Below are positions 11,501 to 22,737 of a DNA stretch of 64,000 nt, one piece after another. A model generated the notes under the pieces. It was not told the DNA's origin, did no database searches, and saw only the letters and a list, made by a program, of their open reading frames with translations. Location: assembly GCF_902459465.1 (NCBI RefSeq), contig NW_022985734.1, positions 1 through 64,000 of the forward strand, given 5' to 3'. Position 1 is the stretch's first letter. Every line of letters begins with the position of its first letter. This DNA is from Asterias rubens (Eukaryota). The position numbers and the translations under genes are program-made.

Positions 11501-12323
11501 TAGTTGCTGGTGTGGCAAGAGATCCGGTCCCCGGAGATTCGGGTCCCCCATATGGGAAACTGTGTACAAACTTCTGCTGATAGCGCCCTCTTTTGAATCA
11601 TCCTCCTCCAGCCCATGGTAGTTTTCCATTTAGGGGACAAAATCTCTAAAAGAAAGATTTCTCTTAGAGCACCGCCATCCAATTTGCTTCTCAAATGTGC
11701 CTCCTACGGGGTGCGACAAGGCCAAGATTATTCTACTTTCAAGGTAACCCGTACAACGCTTTGTGGGTTATAAACGCATAATTGGTAAACAAACAGAGAC
11801 TTGAGTATCAATTGAAACTCGCATCATAAATAAAGAATTCAAATTTTGAGTTGTTACCCATACACACCGATGAGTGTTAGCAATGTACACTCAATACTTA
11901 TACATGTACTAGTGGCATTAACAAACTGGGTCCAATTTCGTAGAGCTGCTTAAGCGCAAAAATAGCTAAGCAAAACAAACCTATAAATGCTTACCAGGAT
12001 AAGGTTACCAGCAGCACTACCATGTCACATGTACATTTTGAGACTGGTATCCTGCTCATTTCTGATAAGAAACGTTGAATATTATTCTGTATGTTCTGCT
12101 TAAGCACCTCTATGAACTTGGACCCTGATCTCAGGCACTTCGTATAATGATCTGCAGCTAATAAACTACTCTTAATGTTTAACTCTTGTTTCTCATTTAA
12201 AAGAAAATAAATGATTGACATAGATTCTAAGCAATACATTGGTATCTATAACGTGTACTCACCAACAGACCGGGTACGTACTGTGGTCAGCAAGCAAGCC
12301 ACAAAAGTCCACATCACGTTCAT
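8574..12323 (-). CDS. CUB + LDLa domain single-pass membrane protein with a cytoplasmic PPxY motif. Exons 12263-12323, 10587-11003, 10021-10155, 8574-9082
   Basis: Signal-like N-terminus MNVMWTFVACLLTTV. CUB domain (GCGDTI..DLNCSLAL..CG..GLCG..STGNQVFL..FSISY). LDLa-like exon (C..CIDKSLVCDGEQNC..SEE..C). Hydrophobic helix ITVIVIIVILMVVLLAIIIFTILALM, then APPPYSTL. All three introns are phase 1 with GT/AG. Confidence 0.85.
10274..10572. repeat. (TAGG)n microsatellite followed by a degenerate (GTCACTCA)-type tract
   Basis: Seen directly; intronic in the CUB-LDLa gene. Confidence 0.85.
11929..12124. mobile_element. MITE, PIF/Harbinger-like, CTG target-site duplication
   Basis: CTG|GGTCCAATTTCGTAGAG ... 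CTCTATGAACTTGGACC|CTG. Confidence 0.75.
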
Positions 12324-13046
12324 CTGACCTGTCCTTTTCATGTTTGAGAAAATTATATTGTCCCTGACGTTTCGATTACCAACAACAAGTTTTTTGGCTA
12401 GGGCCGATATTCCACGGCCGTTTGCTGTATCTTTTTGGGTTGGCCAAGGTAGCCAGTCAATATTGGTGGGAGGGACAACACAACAATTAAGTAGCCAAAA
12501 TCAATTTTAAGAAGTTTGAATTTTTAGTGTAGCGTTGTGTAATCCAGTATTACCGTGGAGGTACAACATACTGAACTGTATATACAGACGTTTGAGGTCC
12601 ACGGCCAAGGAGCGATGCCGTGCGTAATCCAGTAGCTGAATGTAGCCACCTGTTCAATGCTTTCTGCGTAACACCGGTAGCTGCAATGTTGCTGACGACC
12701 TGCGTAATACTAGTAGCTGTAAACTTGATTGGAATCATCTGCGTATTCCGGTGACTGAATGTTCCTGTCATTGGTTCCAATAAACTATAAACCAAGAATG
12801 ATTTCCGCACATTCCGGTAGCCCTGTGTCCGTTGATATAACAGCAGGTGTTCCATCAATGTTTACAAGTTAACATTAAGTTTACGTCCGCCATAGTAATT
12901 GTACATACAAAATGTGTCTGCCTTTATCAGATGAATTGTTGCGTTACAGTTTTATCTTCAGAATGAGCAAATGAGTCACTAATAATCCATCGAGAATGAC
13001 TAAACGTGGTTCCCCTCCATGCAAACCAATGGTGTTTAATACTCAC

Positions 13047-13310
13047 TTTTCAATCACTTGAAATACCATAATAACTCAAAGGAGAGCTTCACACACAAAA
13101 CATACACATTGAATCGATATTCTACTGGATACGTGGCTCTGTTCCCTTGAGTTTTTGAGTTTTCACACCGTGACGCAGAGTTTACGGGCACACCTTGGCA
13201 CAACAGCTCAACCAAACGATATTCTACTGGATACGTGGCTCTGTTCCCTTGAGTTTTTGAGTTTTCACACCGTGACGCAGAGTTTACGGGCACACCTTGG
13301 CACAACAGCT
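13047..13310 (-). other. Probable 5'-UTR exon of the CUB-LDLa gene
   Basis: GTGAGT donor on the minus strand at 13041-13046. The ATG-bearing exon has its own acceptor at 12329-12330, so an upstream exon is required. Confidence 0.45.
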
Positions 13311-13313
13311 CAA
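13115..13313. repeat. Perfect 97-bp tandem duplication (5-bp spacer) at the Academ junction
   Basis: 13115-13211 is identical to 13217-13313. Confidence 0.95.
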
Positions 13314-14117
13314 GCCTACAGGAGACTACTTACCACTGTAAGGGAAAACTTCCCCCTTACTGAGATAGTGGTAAGTGGTATTTTACCCCGTTCAGATGAT
13401 AGCCGACTTAATCTATCTCGGGTAATGCACAATATTAAGCTGGCCAATATTTGTCACAATTTTTCACATTGCAAGTTTTTAGATTTCAGTGACATGTTCC
13501 ATGAATGCCATCTTGCTAAAGATGGACTTCATCTTAACTGGGACGGAAATTACCTCTTTAGCCGGCTTATACAGAAGCAATTAGAGAAAATGTCAAAACC
13601 CATAGACCCTCGTGGTACACCCCAACCCCATTGTCCACATGAGCTGAAGAAACTGGTCCGAACACCGAGGAAGAAAATCTCAGCGAAATGCCCAAAGACC
13701 AAGCGGTGCATTGACATCCCAAAGCCTCCCACAAGTTCCAGTACAACCTCAAAGACATCGGACACCACTAAGCCTCCTCCTTCTGTCACAACCAAGCCTC
13801 CCAAAATGTCAAGAAAACAGAGGAAGTCAAGACAAGTCATCGAGGACAGAGAAGGTTTTTTGCAGCTTGGGAGGAGTTTGTCTAGTACCAAACCAGTGAT
13901 GTACTTCATCAAACCTTATGTGGCTATGGCCACAATACGGTATGAGGAGGTCAACAGCAATTTTCACCATTCTCGAGGTGCTTCACACCAACAAGTGCGC
14001 CTTCCGAAGGCAGAGACACCTTATGTTGCATCACGCAAGCAAGGGAAGAGGCGACGCAAAAGAAAAAAGCAAATCGTGAAAAGACGGAGGCGGCGAAAAT
14101 GGAAGGTTAGTTTATAA
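13311..14117 (+). CDS. 3' part of the SGNH hydrolase gene (from IQAYRR onwards; lacks the GDS and GTNN blocks at this position)
   Basis: Matches the minus-strand copy; retains DGLH and the basic tail. The first ~52 aa of the listed ORF 13155-14117 come from unrelated duplicated flank. Confidence 0.85.
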   Translation, partial: QAYRRLLTTVRENFPLTEIVVSGILPRSDDSRLNLSRVMHNIKLANICHNFSHCKFLDFSDMFHECHLAKDGLHLNWDGNYLFSRLIQKQLEKMSKPIDPRGTPQPHCPHELKKLVRTPRKKISAKCPKTKRCIDIPKPPTSSSTTSKTSDTTKPPPSVTTKPPKMSRKQRKSRQVIEDREGFLQLGRSLSSTKPVMYFIKPYVAMATIRYEEVNSNFHHSRGASHQQVRLPKAETPYVASRKQGKRRRKRKKQIVKRRRRRKWKVSL

Positions 14118-14478
14118 ATTTTTATAGCAATCATTAAGGTTTTCAATTGGCCATGTAAGGTCTGACAATTTAGAACCTTATTACGTTGCATTTTCAATGG
14201 ATACAGTTTTTTTTCTGCACTGAGATGTTTTCCTTTCCTGGAAATGAAAAGGTTTTAACAAACAAATTTGAAGCACCTGGCCAAGAAGATTTAAGATTGT
14301 TTTGTTGCAAATATTTCATCTATTTTTCTGTTCATTTATATTTTTTGTTTTAGTCTTTCTGCACTATAGCATTAATTTGCATTGTTTGTTCGTGTGATGT
14401 TTTGTTATTTAAGTGTGTATACACGTATTCATTTTACACAGGTACCTTGGGAGGCTTCAGTCAAGTTTTCCTGGAGGA

Positions 14479-17400
14479 ATGATGGGCAAATGGACAACAA
14501 CAAAACAGGAAGCCAAGGAGGTAACAATATGTCATTGCAGGGGTGAAGCAATCTCAAGGGGGTTCAAAACGAGCTCGACCCCCTTGTCAGAAAGTTGAGT
14601 GTGGTCCGTGCCAAATTTGCTCAAGATCCAGTACAAAATGGACCCATCTTAGCATCTTGAGCAACTCAAAGGTTAAACAATATTTTAGAACTTACTTGCC
14701 ACATTTGAGTGAGGATGGTTGCATTTGTAATGCATGCAGGCACAAATTTACAAAAAAAAGTAACAATCCAGTCTATACGCCAGAAAAAACAAGATCTAAG
14801 CAAAGACCTCTTTGTTACCTTAACAAATATGACATGTGTTCAACAGTTTCAGTGGCAGATAGCTCTATTTCTTTGGAAACTTTTCAATCCTGTTTTCCAA
14901 CCATTGACTGTTTATTTATACCAAGCTGTGTTTCTTTGTGCAGTTTACACAAATCTTTCATATACAACATTCAGTCAAATGCAAAGTGTGTGGTTTGTGG
15001 TGTCATTCTGGTTAATTGTAGAAGGTATGCATGTACAAATCTGGATATTAACAATGCATATCTGCAACTAAATATTTCAATTGACGAGGTAACAATTACT
15101 ACTTTCAGTTCTCTTTGCTTTACTTGCTATTCTGTCGCTAAAAGGAAAGTAGTACCTGTTACACGTTTGGAGGATGTTGAGTTAAGTTTAGAGAGTCATA
15201 AAGAAATGTCACACACAAGAACAGCACTTTGCATGACCTGTAAGGAAATTTGTAAGCTATGCAACAGTCATGAGGCGTTTCTTCTTGCAGACATGTACGA
15301 TTTATTTGTATCTTTACTAAAACTCAAATGTGGTGAGGCAAGTTGTCTTGAATCATGTAAGCGAAGTTCTAGATGGTTGTTGTCTGGAATTTTTGAGATA
15401 TTTGGGGACTTGATAGAAGTGCACAAGATGTCTACACGTAAATACAGCACTTTATTACTTTACAAGGACCTTAATTTCAGAAAGGCCTTGCATTTGTCAT
15501 GTGCCAAATTACGGTATCATTCTAAAAGAAGTGGGGATGAGATGTTCTCTGAAGATTTTAAACCCACATTAAATTCTGAAAGAGATATCAATAAGATGGC
15601 TCTTTATTTCCTGCCTCATATAAATAGAAAACTCAAGCACCAATCTGGAGAGATCACTAAACACTACACACAAAATCTAATGGAAACTGGCTCTTTTAAC
15701 TTTGATTCCCTGTTCGACATGATTGACCCAGAAGTGTGGAATACTGTTTCTTTGTTGACTGCAAACAACGATGAGTTAAAATATTTCAGTGAATGTGGAT
15801 CATTGTTTGGAAATGGCAAGCTTGTTTTCCCAAGCTACTCAAAACCACATGGAAGACAGCGACGCAACAGAAGAATAATTCTCATTATGGTTATGCAGTT
15901 CACTTACAATGAATCCAACAACTATCCATTTCATATTGTCATTGCAAATTGTGTGAAACGACTTTCACATTCATCAAAACTAATTAAATTGTTGAATCAG
16001 TCTGGCTTCTGCACTTCTGAAGACACTTTAGATAGATTCTTAGAAACCATAAAACAGCTTCGCCAACAGTCGGGTTTACTTTCTACACTAGAATCCAATA
16101 CTTTTACCATAGTAAGTGTTGATAATATTGATGTTCTTGCTAGCAGTGCTGCAGTCACATCACAGGGTTTAGGAAGAAGTTGGCATGGAACATCGGTCAT
16201 GGCACAACAGCCAAAACCCTTGACAGAAAAACTCTCCCCCACTGGAGAACTGATTGACATTATTGGACAAAAATCTTCTCCAATAACCTCTGACTTTCAA
16301 ACTGTACAAGTATATGGAGATGGGCGTTGCCTGTACAGATGCATTGCATCTTACAGCAATTCCAATATACTACTTTGTAAACGGAATGAGGTTGGTATAC
16401 CTGTTGATCAAACTATGTTCCATTTAGAGCAGCAATTTGCAGATTACTTCAGATATTCTGTTTGTCAACATTTAGAACAACATCTCGAACTTTTAGAAGA
16501 ACTTCCAGAGGGAATTAAACAGGTGCTTTTGGAATCTTCAAATGATCAATTTTATTCTTCATTTTCTGAAAAAGTTGCTGATGGCAGAAACTCTGGCACC
16601 TATGCTGGTCATTTGGAGATGTGTTCTCTAGCATGTGTATTACGTACAGATATATGTGTTTATCAGAAAACTGTCCACGGTCTGACACTAGTTGCAAGAT
16701 ATCCCACTAAGCCAATGTCCATGTATCACATCTGTTTACTGTACCGTCCCGGATCAAATGCTATTACAAGTCATTTTGATTTAATGTATCATGGTAGTTG
16801 TCGACCAAACTGCCAAATTCTACTTGATACAAATGACACAACATTCAATAAATGGCATGATGGAGTAAAAGGTTTTGGAGGTTTGATAAAACCAAATTTA
16901 CTAGATTTTGTTTCGGGTAGTCCACAAGAAGCTATCCAGAGGACATGTGATGACAGGCAATTGCATCCTCAGGCTTCTGCTGATGGTGAGGAAACGAGTA
17001 GTTCATCTGAACGTTATTTTACACCATCATTGATCATGGACGCACCCAAAAAACCTTCAGTAAGAAGAAAACTTAGCCCATCAAATCTCAACGTTCCTGA
17101 AAAAGGACATTTTGCTACCCCATTTTTCAAAACTTTCATTCGTCAACAGTTGTCAGTGAGTACTTTTTTTCCATCTGGCGAAGAAAAGCTTCAGCAGAAG
17201 CAACTTCACTATGACATGTTTATGCACATTTCAGAAAGATACGTTTCTGTTGTTGATGTAACAAAACATACTGTCCCTGGACTGAAGTGTAACATGTTAC
17301 TGCATTCAAAGGCCCGATGTAAAAAATCAAAGTTTTCTTACATTTATGTACTCAATGAGAAAGCTGACTGTGCTCAAACTGTAAAATCGGTCATTGGTCT

Positions 17401-20400
17401 TCTGTATGACCTTTTCAAAATTTCAAAATCCATTAACCACCTCGTTATTGCAGGTGATGGTGCAACAGTTAAGATATTGTTGGATGTAAAGAAAGAATAT
17501 GGTGAAGTATTGGACTGGGTTATACCCTATTTAGGTGATTGGCATGTATTGAAGAACTTTCAAGAAGTTGTAATGAAAGTGTTTTGGGATGCCGGCTTAA
17601 AGGACATCGCCAAGTTAACCCACAAAAATAGTACCTTGAACAATTTGAAAACTTGCAGTAATTTCAAAAGAACACATAGGTTTCTATTACAAGTTTATGA
17701 GGCAATTTATGTTCATCAATTCAAGTGTTTTCTGGATTGTAGAGATGGAAAAGATGAAAGTTCCATCTCTAATGAAGCTTTCCATAAAATTGTCACAAAC
17801 GTTGTGGAGCAAGTGCATATTCAAGGTGATTTCTGTGATTATTTTGATATTGAGGAGTTTGTGTCTAAGGTACATATGCCACTTCATGGGTGTCTACCAA
17901 CTTTGCTTGATGAATTCAATGAATTTTGTATCAAAATGGCTGAGAAGTATGAAACTTTCAAATTTTGGAATAGGTTTCTGAAAGAAGATTGTTTCTGCTA
18001 TATTCAGTTGTGGATAGCCATGCGAACGGGTAATTGGAATTTGCGTCTAGGTGCCCTAAAAGAAATGGGTCCTTTATTCCATGCCTTTGATAGGCAGAAC
18101 TACTCTAAAATGATTCCAATTCACCTGAGTCAAATGCATGGCCTACCAACCTACATATTAGACCATTTCAGAAACGGGGCGTTTGTTTCTAGTATACGTG
18201 GATTTAACTTTTCATCTGTTGGGATAGATGAAGCTCATGAAATGCTGATTAACAAAGACTGTAAAATGGCACTGTCTAGAAGCTTACCAACAAACATGGA
18301 AAAAATTTCCGGAACCTTGGAGTTTCAGGCTCAACTCCTTGACAACTTTCAAAGTCAATTGTCTGATTCTATTTTTAAACCTCTTCAGAGAGATTTTGCT
18401 CCATCTGTCATAATGTCTGAATTACAAAATGTTAAGGCATATTTTTCAAAGGTTTCCAGTTGTTCTATGTTCAGTGAAGATCAAGCACATACTCTTTACC
18501 ACCCTTTTGAACACACACCTGCCTCTGCAGTTCAACAGAAAGCTCTACTATCATACAGAGAGGTTGGAAACTCATCTTACGACACTTACGTGCGATTTAA
18601 TATTTTGAATGAAACCAGCACTGCCAAACCTGTCATTAGAAAGCATAGGCTGAAAACATTTGCCAAAGACAAAGTAACGAAGAGAACGATAAATTACTTA
18701 GAAAAGGAAAAAAAAATGATTACTCTTTGTTACAAAAGAACAATCTCATTTTCTGAACAGCACAACCAGCCTATTCATCAGCTTTTCCAATTTATTGAAA
18801 CTCCTCGAGCACTATGTACTCCTTCAGGCTTGCCGAGCAAAGGGGCTAAGTATATTATGTATAACCTCTTTGGCAAGAGATATTCACAATCATTTTCACC
18901 TATCACAGAGAACCACACTTTCCCACCTGGGACCTGTCTAATTGCAGAAGGAATGAACATCATATACATTAATCCACTGCCTGGTTTTAGATGTTTTGCA
19001 GAATATGCTTCGCTCATTGTGTCAAGATGGGTAACACCCTTTTTCAAAAAAAAGTATAAGGAAGTACGAATTCTCTTTGACCAGGTTCGCTCGCAAGGAA
19101 TCTCTCCAAAGGGCTTTGAGAGAGAACGACGAGATGCTGGCCAAGATGACGATATTGAAGTGTTTGATTCAATAACTGATCAAACACCTCTGCCTCAAAA
19201 TTGGTCAAAATTTCTCAAAGTGCGAACAAATAAACGAAAGTTATGCCAATATCTGTCTAATAAGTTAATAGACATTGTTTCAGCATCTTTTCAAACAACA
19301 GATCAAAAGTTTGTCACTTCTGGAGGTTTTCTGTCCAATGCCCCCGAAAGAACAGAATGGACAGGCAAATGTGTTACCTTGGCTGGCATATCATCACACA
19401 GTATCATTCATAATCATGAAGAAAGTGATACCCAAATATGGTTACATGTTAATGATACATCATGCTCATATGTTCATGTTTACTCTGTAGACAGGGATGT
19501 AGGCATGATAGGTTTGCCGTTATCTTTTGAGGGTAAAATAATAACAATTCAGTACAAGGCATCTGGAACTGATGACAAATATCTAAACCTAAACATACTG
19601 AGAACTGCATTAAGCAGAGATTCAGATCTGGCCCCACTAGTGAAGCATGGTTGCGATGTTCACAAAATAATGCAAATGCTATATATTTGCACTGGCTGTG
19701 ATTTTGTATCTTACTTTGCAAGACTTGGAAAGACAACATTCCTGAAAGTGTTTCTTCAGTTTGCAGAATTTATTTCAGGAAGTAGTTCTACTCAAACTGA
19801 TGGCCAGTTGTGTTTTGATGATGTACAATTTAACCATGATCGAGGGCTTCTTTCGTTTTATCGATTGGTTGGTTGTGTTTACTTCCAAGCCAACCGTGCA
19901 TCTTTGAATCAACATGCTAGTAATCCTGTAGAACTATTTGATAGCATTCAGTCATCTTCCATTGTAGATCATCATTCAAAGTTTCTTTCCATTATCCGTA
20001 AAGCTTCTTGGCAAGGTGTTTATGAAGACACTCTTCTTCCTTCCGACACTGCACTGTCTTTTCACTGGCTGAGGTCATGTTGGGTGAGCCATGTTTGGGG
20101 TAAATCACTCCAACCAATTTTTAATTACCCTGACTTAAACTTATATGGATGGGAGCACATTCTTGATTCTGGAGAGGTAACAATTAAATGGGATTCTACA
20201 TCAAATATGGAGAGAATACGTAAAAATGTACTTCACTTAACCAGAGGTTGTTCATGTGCTAAGAACAAATGTTCAAGTCGCCAATGTAAGTGCAAAAAAA
20301 TTAATGAAGCATGTGGCCCAGGTTGCACATGTAGAAATTGTGAAAACCGTCCTGTGCAAAGTACGCCAATTGTCTCTGTTCAAGATGGTGAGCAAACATT

Positions 20401-20557
20401 TTCTGATGATGAATCGGTGAGTTCATCCATCAGCTTAATTGGTGATGATCATGAATTAGATGAAGATGAGGTTCTTACTATATCAAGAAAGGGTCAAGAA
20501 GTGCAAGTTGTTGACAACCCATTTTCAGATGATAGTTTGTCAGGGGAGGAGTTTTAG
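14479..20557 (+). CDS. Academ transposase: Cys clusters - DDE core with inserted OTU domain - XPG/FEN1-like nuclease - Cys8 (CXC) finger - acidic tail
   Basis: DDE-like motifs IVSVDNID, IAGDGAT..LGDWH, SVGIDEAHEMLINK. XPG/PIN-like motifs IAEGM, LFDQ, K.FERERR, HEESDTQI, SVDRDV, TGCDFVSYF..GKTTF (H3TH). C-terminal GCSCAKNKCSSRQCKCKKINEACGPGCTCRNCEN. This matches the known AcademX architecture. The likely start is ATG 14479, with a 1-nt insertion near 14526 relative to the inverted copy. Confidence 0.82.
16270..16800 (+). other. OTU-family cysteine protease (deubiquitinase-like) domain within the transposase ORF
   Basis: VYGDGRCLYRCIA (Asp/Cys loop), YAGHLEMCSLA..ICVYQ, ICLLY..SHFD (His plus Asp). 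Confidence 0.8.
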
Positions 20558-22050
20558 TATTTACAGCAGTTAATTGTGTACAGTTGGTTGTCTTCTTCAT
20601 ATTTTCATAGTTGCTTTCAGTGATGACAAAAAGGTATGTTTTATCTAGATATATTCATTGTGTATTGCCCAAACTGTTGTGCCAAAAACTTACATCTTGT
20701 ATAATCGTTTATGTATATTGTCTTAATATGTGTTTTATGATGAGTGTGGCCCAAAATAGATATAAGGTTAAGGTGTTGTGTTTGTGCTAAAAATGTTTTA
20801 GATAATTTGGTTATATCCCAAGATGGGATGCCAGATATTGTAAATGTATGGATAACAAGCAGCTCCATCATTGTAAATTACGAGTTATCGTGTAATATGA
20901 TTTTTAAAGTATCTTATATGAACATGTGTTTAAGTGTTTAGAAAAGTGGTGCTTAACATTTAAAAGTAAGAAATATGGAAGCCCCTGAAACTTAGTTGAT
21001 GCATCTTTAGTGCAACACTTACATTACATTTCTCAACTATTTATTTTGCCAAAGAAACTGTAAACATTGCCAATGTAATGGGAAGAACTTGCCATACAGT
21101 TTATTTTTTGTGTTAACCTTATTTTATATAATTTGATACCTTGAAACATTATACAAAGTGTCATTTTAAATTAACTTGCAATGGGTATATAATTTTTTTT
21201 TTAGTTGAACAAGTTTTGAGGTACAGTTGTTACTACCGACAATGTTGAAGTTGGTACATTTTATTAATTTTAAGTGGAGCAGCTGAATATTATTAACTTC
21301 TCATTTAGCAATAAACTTTGTCATAAAAGGTTCATTTAAACATTGCCAACCTACGGGTAAGAACTTACCAAAGATACCTTGCAATGATGTCATGTATTAT
21401 ATTTGTGATTGTTTACTTTCATGTTTAAAATTAAGTTAAGCTAGCTTGCCATTGAACAGTTTGTCTTATAAAAGTATGCGGGTATAAAGTTTACTAAAAC
21501 TTGTTTTTGGTAGCTATTTTGTATTAATGTCAACAGGTGAACTAGCTCTGTTACACGTACCAAATATGTAAATACATTTTTGTAACAAGACCATTTAAAC
21601 ATTGCCAACCTACCAGTTACCACTTACCAAAGATCTTTTATATTTATATTTTTTATTACATCTGAACTTTTTTTGAACTGTGCCTTAACTTTGATAATTA
21701 TATAGTGTTACATGTTTGTGCAGTGTATGTGACTTAAAATAAAGGAACAGTTGATACGAAACAAATCTTATTCTGCTCACTAGAGTTTTTGTGTATCGAG
21801 CATAAAGTTTTATAAAGACTCAAACAAAAGGGCTTCAACCTTGTACCAAGTCATTCCTGACCAAAATTTAAAAAAAATTCTTCTGTCCTTCAAAATTTAA
21901 CCTTTTGTTAAATTAATAATACTCAGACCATCAACCCCTTTTAAATTATATCCTTAGTTCTCCAAGTACCCTAAAATCGTCCATACAAAATGTGCTTAGG
22001 CACCATTCCTTCCCCAAAGACCCGCCAAAAATACCCCCCCCCACCCTTCC

Positions 22051-22085
22051 CCAAAAAGACAAACCCCAAACAATCGGGAACACTA
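22051..22085 (+). repeat. Candidate 3' terminal inverted repeat of the Academ element
   Basis: See the 3387-3418 entry. Confidence 0.5.
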
Positions 22086-22737
22086 TAGCTAACAGTGGTC
22101 ACGAACTTTGTTTACATGTACATCCGGGTACGTACACTGGATGAGTGTGACGTTTCGCGGTTGACCAATCAGCGATCAGAAAATCCATAAGCAAACATGG
22201 CGGCGTATTCACCAAGAGACGTTAACGTTAAATTATGAGAAGTGTTGGCAAAACGAGCGCCCTGACTCAGCTAAATGAAATCAAATGTAAAAAGCTCAGC
22301 GTTTGGATAGAATATAACATTATCTATTCGGTAAGCCCAAATATACGTTGTGGTAGCATTGACAATTAATAGTTACCTCCATGTTTTACGAAGCAAACTG
22401 TTTCGTTTTGAAACACAATTTTCGAGTCCATTTTAGTACTAATAATTGCCAGCAAAATCATTAATTTGTACAACTGGATTAAAGGTCGGTTATTCATCTT
22501 TATAAATCTGTAAATATATTGACAGAAAATTACTTTGATCACATGAAATTGATGAAATTCCTGAGACTACACCACGCTCATTAAATATTCATGGAGAGGT
22601 CAAGCTCCCGAAACTCGTGCATACGCTGCAGATAAAAGAAACGGATATTGTGTGCAGTGCGGACTGACTGGCTATAAAACAGGAGATTGGAACTCATCAA
22701 TACGTATGTTGGGATAAACCAGCCCGAATATACTTAA

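Larger units (their letters stand above)
13311..22085 (+). mobile_element. Academ (AcademX-type) DNA transposon, 5'-truncated in place; body and 3' end
   Basis: Starts abruptly inside the SGNH ORF, contains the 2004-aa ORF, and ends at the candidate TIR ...GGGAACACTA|TA. Confidence 0.8.

Noticed and set aside
13155-13310. N-terminal 52 aa of the listed 320-aa ORF as part of the SGNH protein
   Set aside because: It derives from the 97-bp duplicated host sequence; the real N-terminus is in 2165-2456 (-).
14521-14540. GT..AG micro-intron near the transposase start
   Set aside because: About 20 nt is too short for a spliceosomal intron, and the inverted copy reads through in frame.
3364-22275. 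TAGCTG(G/A)GTCAGGGCGCT at 3364 and 22257 as TIRs of one 19-kb composite transposon
   Set aside because: No matching TSD, similarity stops after about 21 bp, and the orientation does not fit the element's gene layout. The ACACTA ends fit better.
22197-22330. ATGGCGGCG..TTCG|GTAAGC as coactosin coding exon 1
   Set aside because: Stops occur in the required frame and there is no coactosin similarity; at most a non-coding exon or YY1-type promoter motif.
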